Program-made: the position numbers and the translations under genes
From: Dimorphilus gyrociliatus
Lineage: Eukaryota > Animalia > Annelida
Reading direction: 5' to 3'
NCBI GenBank assembly: GCA_904063045.1
Contig: CAJFCJ010000007.1
Span: 1,802,222-1,866,221, forward strand
DNA length: 64,000 nt
The notes under the pieces: model-generated
The model's database searches: none
Seen by the model: the letters and a program-made list of their open reading frames with translations, nothing else
What the model was told of the DNA's origin: nothing
Shown: positions 58,801-64,000 of the stretch, piece after piece
Position numbering within the stretch: position 1 is the stretch's first letter
Layout of the letters: the number at the start of each line of letters is the position of its first letter

Positions 58801-61800
58801 TTTCTTTCTTTGACAAACTGTTCTGTTCTTTTACACCTTCTTTCATAGATTGGAGCACAGCTTTATCTAAACCTAATTTTAGTGACGCTCTGTCAAACAT
58901 TTCTCTTTCATAAGAATTTCTTGTTATCAGACGGTATACTTTAACCATTTTAACTTGTCCAATTCGATGACAACGAGCCTGCGCTTGTAGGTCATTTTGT
59001 GGATTCCAGTCAGAATCAAAAATTATTACTGTATCCGCAGCAGTTAGATTAATACCTAAACCTCCTGCTCTTGTACAGAGTAAAAAAATGAAGCGATCTG
59101 AATCTGGTTTACTGAATCTATCAATAGCTTCTTGTCTTAAATTTCCTCTAATCCGTCCATCTAAGCGTTCATAAAGATACTTTTTCTGAATAAGATAATC
59201 TTCAAGAATGTCTAATACCCGAATCATTTGTGAAAATACAAGAACTTTATGATCTCCAGCTTTCAGTTTAGGAAGTAATTTATCTATCAGAACCAGTTTT
59301 CCTGATGCTTGAATCATAGCATGATGAATCTCTTCTGTTGAAGGTTCCAGTTGGCCGTTCTTAATTTCATTTAATATTTGATCCTCGGCACCAGTTATCA
59401 AATAGGGATGATTACAGCACTTTCTTAATTCCATCATGGTGTTCATGAGGTTGGGTACATTAGCAGAAGATGAAGTTCCTTTTGATAAAAAAGTAAAATT
59501 CCTTTCTAATATGGCTCTGTAATATTTCTTTTGAATATTAGTCAGCTCGACTTCAATTACTGTTTCTTCCTTCGCTGCTAGTGATTTTTCAACATCCTCT
59601 TTCAACCGACGAAGCATCATCGGCTTTAGAAGAGTCTTCAATTTATTCACTTGGCTCTCTGTCTTCAAATCCCCAAAGTCATTTAAAAATGCGCTTACAT
59701 TGTTAAAACGTTGAGGTTCCAAAAAATTTAATAATGAAAAAAGTTCTTCCACATTATTCTGAAGCGGTGTACCAGTAAGAAGGACTTTGTGCTCCAAATC
59801 TAAATACTTTAATCCCTCAGATAGTTTACAATTTTTGTTTTTTAGCCTATGAGCTTCGTCAATGATGCAAGCTCGCCAGTCAAATTGAGATAGTAATTCT
59901 ATCTCTTGCAATATGACTTCGTAAGTAGTAATTAGGGCTTGAAATTTATAACCTTCTTGAATTCTCTTACTTGTTTGGCTATCTCTGAAATATAATTCAT
60001 ATTCCTGAATCATATTTCGACTTATTTGGGTTCCATGGTATACAATAGCATTTAAATCGGTCCAAGCTTCAAATTCTCTCGCCCAGTTTCCTAAAGTAGA
60101 TAAAGGTACTATAACTAGAAACGGTCCCCTAATACCATATTTCGAAATTTCTTGGAGAAAAGCTACACTTTGCACTGTTTTCCCTAATCCCATTTCATCA
60201 GCAAGAATGCAATTCTGTTGATTATAGTAATTAAATAATAACCAGCTTACACCTTCAACCTGATATTCTCTCAAAGTGTTCCCGTCTTTATACAAAGGTG
60301 ATGTTTTTAATTGTCTCCACTCAGCAGCAGTAGGTCTCTCTATAGGCATTAATCGTTTCAAAGGAGGTACTTGATTAAGCTTTTTATATTGTTCTATCTT
60401 ATTTGGATCAACATCAGCTGCTGCTTCCCATGTAGCTTCATCATAGCCTAAACCCCTCCACTTAACCAAATATTGTAAAACAGTTTCTTCACCATCCTTT
60501 CCTTCAGATTCATCTAAAACTTTTTCGACCTCCACATAATCAGGATTAAATAGATCATCTTCATCTAATTGTAGGAACGCAGTTTCTTGATTTCGTTTTA
60601 ATTTAAAACGACGAACTTTCTGAGAGATGCGTTTGTCGAATGGTTCTAATTCTTCAACTGTTCTCCACTCACAATGCAAATATGAAAAGTTTTTATATTT
60701 CACAAAGATTTCTTCAACTTCAAACTCTTCGACTTCAACTTTATTTTCAGGCTCGACTTTAATTTCAGATTCCTTTTTAATATCATTTTTAACTTTAGAG
60801 TGACCATTGTCCTCTGAATCTTCTTCTGTTTTTAATTCCTCCTCTTGGATCGGGGATTTTTCCTCTTGGACTTCTTTACAAGTTGCTCCTTGATCTTTTT
60901 CAATTTTCCTTTTTGTTGTTCTAATTCCTAAGATTTTATCTATGGTCAAGGTATCTTCCTCTGTATGTGCTTCCACAAAATTGGCTTGTTCAGCACCTGT
61001 ATCATTGTTGTTGAGATACATTTCCGTATCAGAGAGATCTAATTGAGGTTCTTCGACATATTTTTGTCTTTTGGTTCTACCCGATCGTCTTTTCTCAACA
61101 TGAGCTTCATCATACGTTGATGGAAGGTCATTCACTTCATCCATTTCCTCTTCAGAATCGCTTCCCTTTCTCTTCCTTTTCTTGGCTTTCGTTGCACTGA
61201 TTTGCTGCTTGCTTTTTTTATTCTTAACTGCCTTAAAACGTACACGAGGATCTTCGTACGATATCTCCTGTTCATCATCTTCTATATAATTCTTTTTTTT
61301 CTTTACAACTTTTTTAAACTTTTTTGCAGGTGAGTAATATGAAGGACTTGGTGATCTCTTTAAAGAAGACGAAGGGGAAAGACTTGGTACGGGAGATTGG
61401 TATGAATTAGCAGGATGAATGACTTGTGACTCTTTTTCCGATCTATCTACAATATTCTGATCATCACCAGAGTGTCTTTTTAACGGAGTTAATTCTTGAA
61501 GAGAATTCTGTTCAGTCGCAGTCTGCTGTTCCATACTATTTGAGTTTGATATAGGGCCTGTTCTCACCGGAGGAAATTGGCTTTGCTGACCTGGGGGATA
61601 TTGAGCTGGCATGTTATACTGATCCATTGGAGGTTTGTGATACATTGGTTGACGAGAATGCATCTGTGGAGGTATATTTTGATGATAAGCGGGAATTAAA
61701 TGAGGAGAATGTTGAGGAATTTGATGAGGCATTCTTGGAGGCACTTGAGGGGGTGGCATATTGCCGTTTGGTCCTTGAAGCGTGTTTGTAGGCACGTTGG

Positions 61801-62715
61801 GATAACGAGGTCGCATATAAGCAGGGGGTATGTTTCTAGGTCCCATTGTAGGATGGTCGACTACCCCATTTCCATTCATTTCTGGCGGTTTTACTCCATT
61901 AGTAGCCTCGTACATATTTGGAGATGGGTAAGCACGATTTGGAGGTTGAGGTGAAGAATAATGTCTCATCATTTGTTCTTGATATTGTTGAGAGTTACTA
62001 TATCGGGGCGGGGCTGGTGCATGAGGAGGTGCTTCATTTATAAAACCGTTTCGTTGCAGAGGTCGTATTTGCGATGACATTGCCAAGTTACTATTATGAC
62101 CATTCCACGCACAAGTGGTTGTCTGATTAGTTTGCGAGAAAACAGCTTCTGAGACAGCTGTGCTAATTACACAAGAAGAGAGAGCGGGATAACTCTCCTG
62201 AGCGTTATTTTCATCCGCGTCGTTTCTTGTATCAGTTTGAGAAACGGTAGTAACACTTGGTGCTTTGTTAGGCGACAATGTAGGTTTGGGTGAATTTGGT
62301 TGGCAAGTAGATGAACTTACAGTGCCCCCCACCTGTTGCGGTGGAGTGTAATGCAAAGTATGCGACATTTGACTAGCGTGATACTGCTGAGTGCTAGCTG
62401 GCAAGGGTGCGGATCGTTGTTGTTGCTGTAATAGTACTTGTTGTTGCCTAGCGCGAACTGTTCGTAATCTCTCTTGTAAATCAAGCAATTGTTGCTGAGT
62501 TTCTTCCGTCTGTATGCCACGAAGAAGATGAGAAATCTGGGATTGTAGCTGCTGAGCCTCAGAATCTGAGGGAAGAGAGTGACAGCCATCGTCGTCCTGT
62601 GATTGTGGTGTTTGCTGTTGTTGCTGATGTTGTTGTTGCTGATGCTGATGTTGTTGTTGCTGATGTTGTTGCTGATGTTGTTGCTGATGTTGTTGCTGAT
62701 GTTGTTGCTGATGCT

Positions 62716-62747
<32 letters not shown>

Positions 62748-63445
62748 TGAAGCTGTTGCTGCTGATGTGTTTGTTGAAGCTGATGTTGATGTTGCTGATA
62801 CGACATTCGCATATGCTGTTGCGGGGGATAGCCATAATTCATTTGCTGGGGCATTCTTTGAGAGCTTCTATGGCCCATATGTGACAACAACTGAGAAGCA
62901 GACGCAGAGTGAAATCTGTATGACTGTTCAGAATGGGGCCAAGGAGTGGAGGCAATATTAGCCATATGCATCAGACGTGCTGAACTACCATTGTTAGACC
63001 AGTTTTGTGAACCAGGATTTGATCCATATCGGTACTGATAAGATTGAGGGGGCGTTGGTGTCTGAACGTTGTAGTTAGGTCCATGGTTATAAGGGAAATT
63101 ATATTGCGGAGTTTGTGGATGAGGAGGTTGTGGATGAGAGGCTTGTGGATGAGAGGCTTGTGGATGGGGAGGATGTGGTTGGGGAGCCGGAGCGGACGGT
63201 TGCTGCGGAGGCGATTGCCTTACGCAGTGCGGCGTATTCACTGCAAAATTATTTTGAGGCTGTGCCGGTGTATCGGCAACTGGTTGTTGAGTGGAAGAAT
63301 TTGTATTTTGTTCTGATTCGTTCCACGTATCAATACCAAGTTCTTGCAAGAAGCTATTGCTGAACGGGTCGCCGAGTTCATCTTCGAAACCGCTCGACAT
63401 CCTTGATTCAGCGGACGTCTCGCTCTGTTGATAAATATTGTTCAT
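55838..63445 (-). CDS. CHD7: CHD7/8/9 (kismet)-type chromodomain helicase, 3 introns
   Basis: Q/P-rich N-terminus, two chromodomains ([22 protein letters not shown]), SNF2 ATPase ([23 protein letters not shown]), [13 protein letters not shown], and a BRK domain ([15 protein letters not shown]). The true start may be ATG 63400 after a 5'UTR acceptor. Confidence 0.95.
62612..62800 (-). repeat. Coding CAA/CAG/CAT repeat (poly-Gln with periodic His) in CHD7
   Basis: On the + strand, repeated GCTGATGTTGTT 12-mers and GTT/GCT triplets encode QQQH units. Confidence 0.9.
63113..63177 (-). repeat. 15-bp coding tandem repeat (HPQxx, about 4 copies) in CHD7
   Basis: TTGTGGATGAGAGGC and variants encode [19 protein letters not shown]. 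Confidence 0.8.
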
Positions 63446-63860
63446 ATATTAAGATGCACATATATATAATCATATATTATTGTTATAAGATCTGAGCCTT
63501 TTTAGCACTTACAAATACTCATCATCATTTGGACTTTAATAAACATATTATGTATTGCCTGCACAAACAAATTCTTTTTTAAAAGAAAATGTTTTATTGC
63601 ATTAAATTATATTAAAACAAAACATTCTTGAATACTTGCGAAAAACAAATATTTACATATAAAATTTACATATATTATCTAAGGGTATATTCTAAAACAT
63701 AAAAAGATTATGTTTTACTCATTAAAAAATTTTAAAAAAAGAATGTGTACAGGGGTCAATTCCTTTCTTAAAACTGCAATAAATACATGCTTGTCCACAG
63801 CATGTACATGTATGCAATATATATAATTTAACACAATATATAAAAATTCTTATTTGCTAC

Positions 63861-63897
63861 ATATATATATATCCATAAATATGTTGCATTATATATA

Positions 63898-63946
<49 letters not shown>

Positions 63947-63975
63947 ATACATATATATATATAAATTTATATACA
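63861..63975. repeat. Imperfect (AT)n microsatellite / AT-rich tract
   Basis: Long interrupted ATATAT runs, read directly. Confidence 0.9.
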
Positions 63976-64000
63976 TAGATGTGTAATATATATACATAAG

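Noticed and set aside
62317-63363. Poly-Leu/Val/Asn ORFs on both strands
   Set aside because: Alternative readings of the CHD7 poly-Q/H and HPQ repeats.

Overview
Eukaryotic, AT-rich and very gene-dense DNA from an invertebrate animal with a compact genome. Most introns are about 45-70 nt GT-AG. The G-alpha-o sequence and the gene style suggest a lophotrochozoan such as a miniaturised annelid (inference only). I could build 15 spliced protein-coding gene models by hand: GNAO(+), ARID2(-), MED1(-), Ral(+), GSE1(-), TMEM143-like(+), laminin alpha 3/5-type(+), REPS(-), RBBP4/7(+), TAB2/3-like(-), MPC2(+), ABCB1(+), GFI1/senseless(+), ANKRD6(-), cytochrome b5-like(+). Two more lie at the right end: RPA2(-) and CHD7/kismet(-), for 17 in total. 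I found no tRNA, rRNA, CRISPR array or recognisable transposon. Main observations: (1) a second terminal exon for Ral, missing from the ORF track, gives two different CAAX tails (CCIL vs CVVL); (2) a 21-bp inverted repeat contains both start codons of the divergent TAB-like and MPC2 genes, which are 54 nt apart, with a DRE palindrome in the spacer; (3) the laminin alpha chain ends after only three LG domains; (4) the TAB2/3-like gene is intronless and lacks a CUE domain; (5) REPS and RBBP4/7 are head-to-head, as I recall for human REPS2-RBBP7; (6) CTCF-like motifs cluster upstream of GNAO. All gene names come from remembered family motifs, not database searches.
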